The notes under the pieces were generated by a model that saw nothing but the letters and a program-made list of their open reading frames with translations, had not been told where the DNA came from and ran no database searches. DNA of 63,216 nt, filler included, from Hyphochytrium catenoides (lineage: Eukaryota > Protista > Hyphochytriomycota): assembly GCA_900088475.1 (NCBI GenBank). It is 7 parts of 7 records of this genome, joined end to end, with 100 filler letters (N's around TTAATTAATTAA, not from the genome) between each part and the next. Parts side by side here need not be neighbours in the genome. Positions count along the whole stretch, not along the records: positions 1 to 14,226 come from FLMG01001155.1; positions 14,327 to 19,906 come from FLMG01003802.1; 5 more parts are not named here. One strand, 5' to 3'. The position numbers and the translations under genes were made by a program. How positions within the stretch are numbered: the stretch's first letter is position 1; every line of letters begins with the position of its first letter. Shown here in pieces: positions 1-19,462 of this stretch.

Positions 1-19
1 GTTACAAGGAGATGACCCA

Positions 20-330
20 TCCCCTAACCTCTGCAGGCGTAAAGTAACCTACATCCCTAACCCGCTCCCTATCTTAACAAATCCGGTGCCCCATCTCTCG
101 GCCTTATCTCTAACTTGCTGCCCCATCCCAAATCCGCTGCCTTAGCCGCTACCCTTCCTTACCCGCTTCCTAACCCGCTGCCCTTACCCGCTGCCTATCC
201 CTAGCCCGCTCGCTATCTTATACTAATCTAGTACCCCATCCCAATCCACGGCCTTATCCCTAACCCGCTACCTGTTGTTACCCGCTAGCTAACCCGCTAC
301 TCTTATTTTTATCCGCTGCTACCGGCTGCC
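20..330 (+). repeat. Degenerate telomere-like (CCCTAA/CCCGCT-based) low-complexity tandem repeat
   Basis: Recurrent CCCTAACCCGCT, CCTTACCCGCT and CCCTAGCCCGCT units at the start of the window. The array is imperfect. Confidence 0.4.
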
Positions 331-1965
331 CTGTGCCCTCCCTTTGTTCTTTCTTCTTGAGTTTATCTTCTTTCTCTCTAGCACCAACTGCCCTCCTCAG
401 TATCTATCATAACTTGAAAATGCTCTCTTTTTTAGCAACTACTCTCCCATACTCTTTTCTAACCTTGCAAATGCGCACTCATTTTCACGCTCCTAACTCT
501 TCTACTCCAACTTCAATCATTGGGGTCGACTTATTCACACTGTTTTATATGATACTTTAGGGAGAGAACAAAGTTGAGACTATGAGCTGTGTAGCACAGA
601 GTTTGTTCTCGCTAGTCACTGATGTGGAGATTCACTTGCACACTAGGTGTCTTTTTCTCAACTACAGCTCATTGGGATTCATCGGACCTCTTCTAGAAGA
701 GTCTTAGTTAGAGCTACAAGCTTTCATCAGTCTAGCTCTACAGATTTGTTAGCACAGCACTGTTGACAAATCTCTCTTCAGATTGATCGAGCCCGGGTAT
801 GTCCATAAGAGACGCAGAGGTAACCTTAGCCTAAGGCTTTCTATGCCAAAGTCGAGTAGTCACCACTTGATAGACGGGTAGAGCGTTTCCTGACCTCACT
901 TGACTAAGCGCCATGAGGTTGGGTAGGCAACAGCTTCTCTCCAGACCCGTTACAACTTGACCAGCGACATCTCCATAGTACCCTCTATACCTGACTTGTA
1001 CTTCCTAAGCTACAGAAAGGAGCAGAAAGAGAGAGAGAGAGAGGGGGGTGGAGAGAGAGAAGAAAAGAGAGAGAGGGGCGGGGATGAAAAGAGAGAGGGG
1101 GAGGGAGAGAGAGTCCATCGTCAATTTCTCTCTCTTCTTGGATTGTTCTTTCGCTTTTCTGCAGCAAATGAAGATCACCGCTTCGGCATTGCCTGGGAGA
1201 AAGATCTTGACTTCCTTTCTCTCTTTTTGTTTAAGATTACCTAAGGGAAAAGGATTTTCTTCTGTTGATCAATAATGAAGCACAGAACCTGTTTGTCAGC
1301 TCATCATCAGTGTTCAAACTCAGGGTGAGACAGTGAAGGACAGATATACTATACCTTTGGACCCTAGAGCAAAGCCCCCGGAAGAGAATAGGAGAGAGGG
1401 GGGAGGGAAAGCAAAGAAGAAGAGACAGCATGAAGCGAGACACAGAGACCGTGAGAGCAAATCTGAGAGCTGGATAGAGCGACGGAGAAAGGGATAGAGA
1501 AGAAGGTGAAGAGAGAGAGAGAGAGAGAGAGAGAAGAAGTATAAGAAGAACCTATTGATGAGCTAATATAATTCCTTCTAGGCCTCATATTTCTCTTCGT
1601 CCTCTTTCTCTTTCTCTCGCATGACTAACTTGGCTGGCTGCTGCTGAGATGCGCGCACATCTCCTTCACTCGGCGCTAATGTATCTTATGTAGGGAACAG
1701 GCGCTAAGCGATCCTGAGAAGCTGCTGTCCAGTGGAACTTGGAATGAGATACCAGGAAATCAGTAGTGAAGAGCAACGCAGGTTGGGCGAGGAGAACGAA
1801 GGCACCATTGAGTCGGGATAAGGAAGAGCGATAGTATTGGAAGGAAGGGGAAGGGGCCACAGAAAGAGCGAGGAGAACAGCGTCCAAGTGACAAATTTCA
1901 TTTGTTGAAAGGGGCAAAGAGAGGCGGAGACACAAAGCGCGACAGAGACAGAGCAAAGGAGAGAG

Positions 1966-2049
<84 letters not shown>

Positions 2050-2327
2050 TCGACTCCGATGATAGGAGAGGAAGGAGATGTGGCGGAGGGAAAGGGAGGT
2101 CGACAAACTTTAGAGAGAAAGAAGCAGAGAGATGAAGAGGAAAGAGAGAGAGGGAACTTATCGGCAACTGTTTTGGTCGAGCTTCCAAGAGATGGCAACC
2201 TCACTTTGCGATCTGCGTCCATAGAATTGTACAGCGAATATTGGATTGGGGCTGGCTCTTCTTCTCCTTGTAAACCTTCTCTGAGCTATGACCTCTCTCG
2301 CAAGAAGAGAGTGTTCTAAGCTCTTGT

Positions 2328-3097
2328 TCATTGTTTTTGCTTCTTGAGATCCTCTCGCGCCCTTCTCATGGTCTGTCGTTGTCTCTCTTCTAGATGTTCG
2401 AGGTAAGAAGGGCCCAGCTACAGATACAAAGATAAGGCGAGAAAAGGGATGAGGTGAGAGCGAGAGAGAGAAAAAAAGGAGATAAGGGAGAGTGAAATAG
2501 AGAGAGAGAGAGAGAAGAGAAAAGGAAGAAGAAAGTGATGGAGGGGAGAGGAAGCAGGGAGGAACGAGGCGAAGAGAGGGCAAAAGAAAGGGGAGCAAGA
2601 GAGGAAGAGGTTTGGAGTGTAGGGACAGGCAGGACAAATAGAAGTTAGGGCTTCTAGGGGAGATGGAGAGGAAGAAAGAGAGAAGGGAAGAAGGGCATCG
2701 CAAGGAGGACAGAGAGAGAAAGCGATCAGGGAAAGTGTTTAGCGGAAGAGTGGAGACACAAAAGAGAGAGAGGTAAGGGTAGAGGGTGAGAAAAAGACAG
2801 TGAAAGTAAGAAAGAAAGGAAGAGCGAGAGAGAGAGTTAAAGAGAGAGAGAGAGACCGAGAAAAAAGTCTACTTTCAGAGGCCTACTAAGTTCCTCCCTG
2901 AACAATCTTCTCCATCCATTTCTCTCCCTCTCTCTCGCTTCATTGCGCGTCTTGCAGAGCTCTAAATCCTGCTGCCTCAGCGTCTGACTGAGCTCGATCA
3001 TCTGCATGGTTTGACTGCGTTTCTGGATCTTTCTCCATCTCAGCATTGCAACCTGAGCATCCAGATCTCCCTCTTCTTCTGTCTCATTGTTGGCTCT
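2328..3097 (-). CDS. Hypothetical coiled-coil protein, last two exons only (5' part unresolved)
   Basis: Exon 3097-2873 (RANNETEEEGDLDAQVAMLRWRKIQKRSQTMQMIELSQTLRQQDLELCK...RPLK) joins in phase 0 across a GT-AG, CT-rich intron to exon 2417-2328 (LGPSYLEHLEERQRQTMRRAREDLKKQKQ*). No family recognised. Confidence 0.35.
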
Positions 3098-3599
3098 CTG
3101 TCCTCAGAACAAGGAGGGGAAGAAGGGGGAAGAAGGGGAAAGAAGAAGAGAGAGGGAAGTGTTTTCACGATCCGCTACCTTGATCGTACAGAGAAGAAGA
3201 CTCCACTCATCGGACTCTCTCTGCCGGTTGACGTATTCTCTCTCTCCTGAATGTCTTTCTTCTTACTCAATGCCAAAGGATCATATCTATGGTTCGCTCA
3301 GGATGTGACTGCTGAAGCGGAGACAGGAAAGAGGAAGCTTCACCTTTATCCGCCACCGTCTCCCTAGTTAAAGAGCTTGAGACTAGTGAAGGAGGTGAAT
3401 GAGATGTAGGAGTATGATGCGTATCAAGAAAGGTCGAGGAAAAGATTAGGGAAAGATGGAGAGAGAGGAGGAGGAGAGAGAGAGAGAAGGAGAGAGAGAA
3501 AGAGAGGAGAAGAGAGAGAGAGAAGGAGAGCGAGTGGGGAAGAGAGACGGGCGAACATCTATTAGTCTTACAGCTGAAACACGAGGCATGAGAGAGAAA

Positions 3600-4148
3600 G
3601 CGTGCTATAGAAGAAGAAGCTGATCAAACGAAGAGAAGCAATGAGGTGTTAGAGAAGCGCTGGAATTAGGTAAACGTTGACGCGCAGGCTACTAAGAATT
3701 CGGTTAGCCAGACACGCACTTGATGACAAGAGTAGAGCGGGAGAACAGGCAGTGGGAGGCTGAAGTCTTGGAGGGCCCCTGTTTTAAAGTTGACTAGGAG
3801 ATAGAAGAGTGGTCAAGAAGGAGAAAGGCAGATGCCAGATGATGGAATGAGAGCTCGAAATGAGAGCTTCTGAAAACTAAGAAGAAACTCAGACTGGGAA
3901 GCCGTCAGGGAGGGAAGCTAGGCAACATTGTTTACTATTTGTTCAGTCCAACTAGATGGAGAGGAGAGTATCGCAGGAAAAGCAGGGAACTTGAGGAGGT
4001 AAAGAGGATGGCCCAGAAGGCGTACCAAAGGCAGAGAGACTAAGGGGACCGAGAGTTGCTGGACCGGATGGGAGAGAGAGAGCTGCAGACAGGCAGACGT
4101 TTGACCGACGAAAGTAGCAGAAACAGGACAACGGGAGAAGAGAATAAA

Positions 4149-4182
<34 letters not shown>

Positions 4183-4420
4183 NNNNNNNNNNNNNNNNNN
4201 NNNNNNNNNNNNNNNNNNNNNNNNNNNNNNNAAACAACCAGAAAGAGAGAAAGAGGGAGAGCAAAAGTAGATTAAGGGATTTAGATGAAGTGCTGAAGGC
4301 GAGAGAGATACGGCAGAGTGAGAATTGAAACAGAAAGGTAGAGGATGCGCAATCAAGAGTAACCGTTTTTTGAAGGCGACAGTTGTCCAAGACGACTCTA
4401 TTGAAGCGTTCCTCCCGGCA
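3600..4420 (+). pseudogene. Decayed coiled-coil coding-like sequence
   Basis: Protein-like stretches (EEADQTKRSNEVLEKRWN*; RWRGEYRRKSRELEEVKRMAQKAYQRQRD*GDRELLDRM; RLRDLDEVLKAREIRQSEN*) are broken by TAG/TAA/TGA. Confidence 0.3.
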
Positions 4421-7299
4421 TGTAGTCCCTCTAGAGTCCATTCCTCTCTCTCTCTCTACCTCTTTCTCTCTTTCATTCCCCTTCCCTCCCTCTCCCATCT
4501 ATACTTCCTCTCACACGGCCAAGGACATTCCTTCCGCCTTACTCTGTATAGTTCCCTCCCTCAGCTCCCGGCCATACTATCTGATATCCCTCCTTCGAAT
4601 GACCTCTGCTGCGCCTCACTATCCAGTCCCTCCTCCCTTCTCTCCCCACCTTGTGGCCCGACAGTGGTTGCGGATTGGGGAGGAAGTGATGTTCCGGTTT
4701 TCCAAGTTGAGACTCCATGGGGCAAGAAAGCTAAACAGAAGGCAAGGGAGAGTCGGTTGACAGAGGCAACAATCCTTACAAATGACAGCAGAGACAGTCG
4801 TACTGTCTACTCCTTCTTATTGCCTCCCCCCAGTCTCCTTCCACTTCTCGGCTCTGTCTTTTCCCTTTCACTCCTGTCGCCTCTCTCCTTTCTATAGAAC
4901 TAGGCTCTATCAAGAGTCTTTTTTTTGTGTGTCCCCCACTCGAAGACGGCAGCCTGCCATTGCAGCTGGGCAGTAAGAGGGCATTGGTACACCGTCAGGG
5001 CCCATAGGGGGAACCTGCTTGAGAACAAGGGCTGGCCCGCCTTCAAAATTCCACTTAGGCTTGTGTGCTGCTCGTTTCAGTGTCGACGGCAGCAGGCAGG
5101 ATGACATGAGGTCAATGGAAAGTAATCAAGGAGAAGAGAGAGATTGTACGTTCATAGAAGAAGAGATGTTATTTGGGGCGCGAAGGAGAGGACAACAAAG
5201 AAGAGGAGAGGACAACAGGAAAAAGGGCGTAAGACTACCCCTGACAGCTTATTGAGGCTGCTTCTTAGACTTAGGAAAGAATGATTATTGGAAGAGGGAG
5301 AATGCAAAAGATGGAATGGTGGGCTGCAGAGCTGATGCGGCGATGCTTCGGAAAGGGATAAACTGCGCCAGTTTTGAGAAAACTAGTGGCTGAACGAAGA
5401 AGAGGAGTTGGGGGTGGTATCTATCGATAAGCTACGCTTTTCCGTGTGTGTTGCGCAGTGGCTCCACCTCTATGAATAGCAGACTAGCAGGAGAAACATA
5501 CAATAGAGTGCGCAGAGGAGGGCTTAGAAAAGAAAGAAGCAAAAAGAAGCCTACAAAGAAGAAGATGTGGACCTCGATAACAAATACGTACGAGCAGCAG
5601 GGAGAAAGAAGAGAAAGAGGAAGAAGAAAGGAGGACTTGAATTTGCTGGAAGGCTGCCGATGGTAGAACCACACCCTTTGTTCTGCTTCTCGGGGTCTAC
5701 CTGGTAATAATAACGGACCAAGTCCATGGACCAGTCTGAGAGAAGCAGAGTTGTTCTTATGAGTTCTGATGGGAAAGACGGACAGGCTCACTTGTCTCTA
5801 GCAGAAAGAGTCTGTCTTCTCTGTTCTGGCCCTGCCAGTCAGTTGCGTTTAGACCCTAACCTACTTCGTACTTCGTCTGGCTCTAAGTACTTGATAATTT
5901 TCTTCTGCTCACCCGGATGTCGTGACAAGCTAAGAGCGGAAAGATGTATAAGCCTCTAAATGGAAGGTCACACGGCGTCTGAAATTACTAGCCTGCTGGA
6001 CCTTTCCGTACCGCCTGGCTGAATCAAGCGATGGGAGGCTCTTGGCCAGGCGCATAATAAGCGATAGCCGTGTCCTAACTCACTAACTAACGAAGAACTA
6101 AGCGTTAAGGTATGCACTCCTTACCACCTCACCTACATAACTAAATACCTACTATCATCTACCTCTAGCATTGGTCCAAGAATACGCATCGATGGGCGGG
6201 GGGGCGGTTGACTGTTCTGCGGCAGCGCATAGGACTAGTCAGTTGTGCTTCTTCTATCCGTTGCCGCTGTGTCTAGATTTTGAGCAGGCGGCGGAGGCTG
6301 AGGCTGACCGAGGATATCTGGAAGTGACGGAGGAGGTCAACCCCATCCTACAACCGCGCCAGGAAAACCTAATATCCCTCCCTGGATATTCCACCGAACC
6401 AAAGTCCACGACTGATTGATGACCGGTTTAAGCGAAAAATATTCGTACATACAAGTCTTTGGAGAAGGACGACCAGGCTCACTTGTCTCTTCTACTGTCT
6501 AACTATCTGGTCTATTCTAGCGCCCAGTCAGTCTGACGAGTAAACATCCTACCTTCTCCTGCCGCCTCGCTCTGGTTCCACCTTCTGGTGTCTGCCATCT
6601 TGTCTGTTCTACGGCCCAGTCAGACTGACCAGCAGCTACTTTTTTCCTCCTGCCTCTTCTTTCTGGTTCTACCCTCAGGAAAACAGGTGAGAGAAGAAGT
6701 AGAATGAGAACAGAGTAGAACTATGTCCCACCATCCAGGCCCCTTGAGGAGTGAGTTTGAGGCAGGGATAGACCAAAGAAGATGCAGGGAGGCAAGCAAA
6801 TGATAAGAAAGAAAAGACAAAAATATAGCGATGAGGCAGTGGGGGAAAAGAGGGAGCACAGCTTCTTAGAGGAGAGAAGACCAGAATGAGGACGGAGAAG
6901 GGCCCTGTTGCTGTTATAAATGCTGCCGTGACCTGGCACCGGCAGAGGACCCGAAGGTCCCTTATGGTCTCTTAGGAGGGACTAAGAGTACGCCGTGCCT
7001 TAGCCAGACAGCTGCTCATAGTAGAAGAAGGCATGACTAACCACCTCATTGAGCGGTGGAGGATGAGGATCGGCTGGTGTACGGGTTGCGGCCCTCCTAT
7101 TTGAAAGTATTCTCAGGACGGGTACCTCCTTCCATGAATGATGAACCCGGTGGTGCGCCAGCCGCACGAGTAGAGCGAGGGGGTGGCCAATTTATCCACT
7201 AGCTGTCCTTTCTTCCTCTTANNNNNNNNNNNNNNNNNNNNNNNNNNNNNNCGTGTTATCTATGGACATCTATCCTTCCTCTGTTACTGACTGCTACGA

Positions 7300-14060
<6,761 letters not shown>

Positions 14061-14226
14061 GAAACAGGAAGGAGGGACAGGAGCGATATTGTAAAGGAGA
14101 ACAGGATATCTATTGAGAAAGATCCAGCCTAGGGCTCGTCCCTGTTCAGACTCCACCTGCATCGTTTGATGCCAGTCTCTGCTTGGATACCTCTCCCCTG
14201 CTTCATTCTCTCTTCTTTCTCTCTTG

Positions 14227-14326
14227 NNNNNNNNNNNNNNNNNNNNNNNNNNNNNNNNNNNNNNNNNNNNTTAATTAATTAANNNNNNNNNNNNNNNNNN
14301 NNNNNNNNNNNNNNNNNNNNNNNNNN
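14227..14326. other. Artificial scaffold-joining spacer N44-TTAATTAATTAA-N44 (also 19907-20006, 29894-29993, 36155-36254, 53589-53688, 61671-61770)
   Basis: An identical 100-bp construct with stops in all six frames occurs six times. Confidence 0.97.
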
Positions 14327-14738
14327 GATGAAGCTTTGAGGCCTGACCAGTCTGAGAGTCCTGTTTCTTTCTTTCTTTCTCCTTGCAAAGCTTCCCTATG
14401 GATGGGCAGTGCAAATCGGCGATAGGCGGCATCTTAATTCCGAATTAGCACCTCTTGCACAATTGTTTTCACTCAACACTTTGCACAATCCAACTACCGT
14501 ACGGTACATACAGTACTGTAAGGTGATGTATGCTGTGAACAAAGAACAGAAGTGTTGTCGGACCCAACATCCGCAATAATAACTTGCCATGTGTGAGAAC
14601 CCTCATAGAACTGTCAGCCGTCAGTAATCAATTTGTCCTCACACAAAGTTATTTTAATATTAAGTCTATTTAGAGATCGTTTTCGCGATGATGAATTGAG
14701 ACACAAAGCTTCCCATCACAGAATCATCTGCAAAGCGA

Positions 14739-14792
14739 AAGCCGATAAGCCTGGCTTCTAGCCTGACTGAAGCCGATAAGCCTGACTGAAGC
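14739..14792 (+). repeat. Short tandem duplication (AAGCCGATAAGCCTG x2; GCCTGACTGAAGC x2) upstream of WASH1
   Basis: Directly visible about 220 bp upstream of the WASH1 ATG. Confidence 0.6.
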
Positions 14793-15006
14793 TTCGCATG
14801 TGAAGGTCAGCCAAGCAGCAGACCCGCAATCCTCAGCTGCGCGTTGCACTCTTGTCATACCTAGAGTGGCTGCCTACGAGTGGTAAAGCCAGTGACGGGT
14901 GGTGATGGCAATGGCTAGTGGGATGTTTGTCAAGCTCGTGTACACCTAACTCGGGGAAGGCTCCGTGGGGCGAGCCTGCCTCTGTAAATCGATAGCTTCC
15001 AGCAAG

Positions 15007-18000
15007 ATGCAGCATTCTCAAGTTTACTGCATTGGTGTGAACTTCCAGGACCTGAAGCAAGAGCAGGTGATCCAGGAAGCTCTTATCTCGCTAAAGCAAT
15101 TAGAAGATGTCACTTCAGATGTCTTCGCAAGGATTGCAAAGCGCGTTCAGGAAGAGAAGAAGCGAATGAACTCGCTGAATGAGGTAGCTCTAAGCGTCTT
15201 TCTTTAATCTCTTCCTGAGTGCTGGCTTTACAATCCCTCGATCCTTACGGTTCGGTGCATGCCTCCATTACTCGCTGCTTGCAAAGATCGTCCGTTGAAG
15301 CTAAGCGCTTTTGGTCCTTAGAGGATGGCAAAATGTCGGGCGAAGGTAAGTGCTGTAGCCCAGCGCAATAATATGGCGACGACGGTCTTCTCGACCTCCA
15401 AATTCCCATCAGAGCAGAGTAAGTGCGAGATGGATAAAGAAGGCGGTGGCAGCAACATGTTGTTCATGCGTATCTTAACCCTCTTTCCCGTTTCAGAGAT
15501 TCCGAACCTCTACTCCTTGTACCACGATCGCAAGTATGCTGAAGCTCCACCACTGGCTCCAGAGCCAGAAGATGAGCCTCACTATCTTCCAGCCGTAAGA
15601 CAATCTTTGTGGCTCCTCCTCAGCCATTCCTTCAGTCCGCGGGCTCATACCATGACAGTCAGTGCATCCGTGTGGTGCCGACAATTGACAGCCGTGCACT
15701 CCTCCTTAGGCTCTGCAGCCTCTTTGTCTTTCTGTTCTTGCTATCTGAAGGTCTTTCTACCTGAGAGCTTGCCTCGCATATGCGGCTCCCTCGGGTCTCT
15801 TGTCCTTCGGGAGCCGCTATGATCAACCCCTTCTCTGCTCTTTCGATACTAAGCTCTGTCTCCACTCAGGATCCGAAGACCATTGGTCAGTACAAGCAAG
15901 TGACGGCCGATATCATTGATTTGTTTGACAAGATTAATCCGGAACACTTTGAGAAGAATCCCGAGACTACCATGACTGAAAAAGGGCTTGGGAGACTTCC
16001 TCCTTATGTGCCAACGGTCGGCTCTGTCTTGCTCTTCAATTCTGGGGAGAACCCGTACCAGCAGTACGTCTCTTGGGACAACCTGCTTGGCAGAGACTTT
16101 GAAGAAGAGGAGGAAGCGAAGAAGGAGGTTGGTTATTGCTCCTGGGTACTCCTGTGACTTATTAGGGCTGCCTGTCCATTATCCATCGTCCTGGGATCTC
16201 CATGCTTTTAACTCCCTCTGTGCCGACACATGCTACGTTGACCACTACTCCTAAACCTATGTCAGGTTTCCCGTCCGCCTAAGCTTTTCATGTTGACGAT
16301 AAACTTCTTCCTATTTTATTCACAGCTGGCGCCTGCTCCCAAGACCCTGGTAGAAGGAGACCAACTGCCTGCTGTCTTCGGGCTCAACTTCGACTTCCAC
16401 CCTCAGTTGAAGGAGCATCGCAACCTCTCAGAGCAACTGCCTTCCAATTTGCCACTTAAGCACATCGCCAGTGAGCAGAACTACCAAGCAGATCCGACCA
16501 CTCAGGTAGGGAGCTCTCCCTATCATTCCGCAAACTGGACGCGGAAGAACGATATTCGTGGGAGCTTGATCCAACTTGGCCTGTTCCTTATGCCATTGCC
16601 CCAATCTCTTATCGAAGAGACTAGTCGCGTCAACCGCTAAGGAACCTTCTGCACTCCCTTTGTTACTGGCAGGTATCGATCGCGCCATCCCTTTTTCAAG
16701 ACGGAGCTCGGTTGGAGTTGCCTCAAATTGCTGGCTTTGCTTTCAATGAAGGGCCAGTGGCTAATGAGCCAGGTACCGTCAGAGCACAGAAGGAGACAGC
16801 ATCTTAGGGAGGAATAGGGCTAGGAAGTGTTTGTCCGGAGGATAGGAGGGCTCGGGAAGGTGTTTTTGAAAAGAGAGAAGGCAAAGTATGACATTACCAT
16901 CAGCTCGCTGTACGGACTGAGGAGCCGCAGTTAGCCGGAGCCTTTTCAGATACTTCGGTCTGGAACTGGTGGGAAAGGGCAGTGTTATATGAACGTTAGG
17001 GTTGCTCAGGAAAGGCTCATGACAATCAAGAAGAAAGAAGGCCCTGTAATGTCCATAACCTGGGTATCGTAGGGAACCTTTGTCTGACCGCCTGCTCTCC
17101 CTCGTCCTCCCTTACTTCGCAGCTGGAAAGAAATCAGAATCCGGCTCCATGGCCATTGACATTGCCCCACCGCCTCCACCCCCTGAGAGCTATCCTCGCC
17201 CTCCTCCTCCGCCCCCANNNNNNNNNNNNNNNNNGGTGTACCTACTGACATGCCAAGCACGGCACCTGACGGGGAGGAAGCTAGGGAAGGTGGCAACCAA
17301 AGTGAAGGGGCCTCACAGCCTGCAAATTCTCGAATGTCCTTGCTGGATGCTATTCGAAACCCAAGTAATCTAAACAGGTAAAGGAGCCAGGGCCTGACCT
17401 ATAGACCAAAAGAGGTTTCCCACCCTGGAATTTTGCTCAAGCTTCTCCTGATGCCTGGCTTCTTTGGAGATAGATAGCTAACCGTATTTTCTGGCAGATT
17501 GAAGAAAGCGGCTGAGAGAGAACTGGAAGAAGAGAAAGAAGAAGCGCAGGCGGCTCCTCTGTCCATCGCCGATGAGATCAAACAAAGAATGGCCAGAAGA
17601 CAAGCTGCTATCAGCGGTAAGACCGGAGAGCAAAAGAGCAAGCCTTCAGCCGCACCAGTTCTGAAGCCACAGGTGAGACATTCATGTGTACCCTATTGCA
17701 CTTTCTTAGTGGTCTAAATTCTTAACTCTTTCTATCTCTGTCTCTTCGTTCTCTTACACTCAACCCATTGCTTTCGGTTCCGCTCACTCTTGTTTATCCA
17801 AGGTCGTCACTGCGCCTACATCAGCCGCGCCGCCTCCCGCCACGACCAAGCCTTCGGTGGCTCTCCCTGACATTGGAGATTCGGACGACGAAGGAAGTGA
17901 AGCTGGTCAGTTAGGACCTCGGAACTGGCTCATTTTATTGGAGTTTCCAATGCCCATCTTTCTATATGTCCTAAATTCTGATATCGCTGCCGATTGCACA

Positions 18001-18422
18001 ACAGGCGGCAGAGGGGGAAGTGACCTCATGGGCCAGCTAAGAAAGGCTGCAGAGACGAAAGAGAGGTTAAAGAAGCAGGCTGAGGCAGCGGAGAAGATTA
18101 AGCAGGAGGCGCTGCCGCCACCTCCGCCGATGATGGTACGATTGAGCTTGTTGAGACTTCTATCCAATCGTGCTGATTATTGGCATGTCTCTCTATCCGG
18201 GCTATATAGGAAGCTAAACCAGCGGAAGCCCTCCAGAGCACGGCACCTGCCTTTGCCTTACAGGTTCGAATCGTGTTCTTTTGCCTCATATTACTAGGCC
18301 ATTAGCTAATAAACGGCTGTTGTCACTCTTGACCGCAGAATTTGGAAGTTCTGGAACAGGCACGAGCACAGCAGGAGCACCTCTTCTCGGACGAGGATGA
18401 TGAGGAAGACTGGTCGGACTAG
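15007..18422 (+). CDS. WASHC1: WASH complex subunit 1 (WASP-family Arp2/3 nucleation-promoting factor), ~12 exons
   Basis: WAHD motifs MQHSQVY..DLKQEQVIQ..L.QLEDVTSDVFARI..RV, TVFSTSKFP and GLGRLPPYVPTVGSVLLFNSGENPYQQY. Also polyproline, WH2 MSLLDAIRN...RLKKA, central region RMARRQAAISGK and acidic end DEDDEEDWSD*. All introns are GT-AG. Confidence 0.93.
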
Positions 18423-19183
18423 CTACCCTCAATCACTCTCCAACTCTGTCTGCTTGCACAGCTGTCCCGTGACCTTCGTGCATACCTTTTGACAAGAGAC
18501 CTCACGGTCATCTTCTTTCCTCTCAGCAGTCTCCCAGCACAGTTACACACTAGCGGAGGATGTGCCTGCATTTGTATGATAGCTACGTCTCTGACACATC
18601 AATCAGCTTTGCCATTCCTCACACTAACTGCCCTATAATATATGATGACGATGAATGTAGTTGCTTCGCCTTTCTGTCATCTGTTGCTTACGATCCTGCT
18701 AAACACAGCTGGGGACAGCAAGCGTCTCTATGGATATGAAGCCGTGAGCTGGAGGCCTAAAGCGGCTGGACTGAGGCAGAAGAAGAGCTGATGGCTCTCT
18801 TTGGACACGGTCATCACGCCCTGTATCCCTTTCTCTAGTGAGGGATATGCCCCCTCTTTCTCAATTGCCTTCGCCTGGTTGGCTGGCCACTCGTGTCTAC
18901 CCTTTGACCCTATCTGCTTTATTGATATTGTGAGCAGACCTGCCATCCTTTATGACGGTGATAGTGCTCTGGCTTGAAGAATAATAGACACTCTTTAGGG
19001 GCCAGGTAGAGGTCATCATGGAGTTAGGGAAGAGGACCTTGAAGAGCTCGAAGAGCCGCTATAGTCATCTCTTTCTTCCCTTCGAGAGAGAAGAGACGGC
19101 CAGTACCCTGAAGGTTCTCTTCGGCTGGCTTCTGCCATGTGATATGGCTGTGGTCCGGCCCGGTCAGCTCGCTTATCTCTTGC

Positions 19184-19421
19184 TTACTCCGCCCTTTTCC
19201 GCATCTCCAGTACATCGGCGATGCACTTCAAAAGGACTGTTGGCAGGCCATTGACGACAGCGTTGCCGGCGGTGCAAAGGAAAGGAATATACAGCATGGG
19301 ATGTCTGCCGTTTAAGCTGTGTAAGAAGGCAATGTGAATGTCTCGCCAGAACTCGAACGCTCCGTTAATGTTTAGATAAACCGCTTTCCGTGGAAGGTCT
19401 TCATCTTTCTCTGCATAAACC

Positions 19422-19462
<41 letters not shown>

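Noticed and set aside
541-4420. Stop-codon reassignment (TAG/TAA = Gln) to explain the interrupted reading frames
   Set aside because: The conserved genes have no in-frame TAG/TAA and end in TAG (WASH1, COG4) or TAA (DENR, BBS1, permease) at the expected C-termini.
5726-6630. MYND-like Cys pattern (CLLC...FCSPGC) and a 17-bp dispersed repeat CAGGCTCACTTGTCTCT
   Set aside because: The Cys spacing is incomplete and no gene structure can be built. It is probably decayed sequence.
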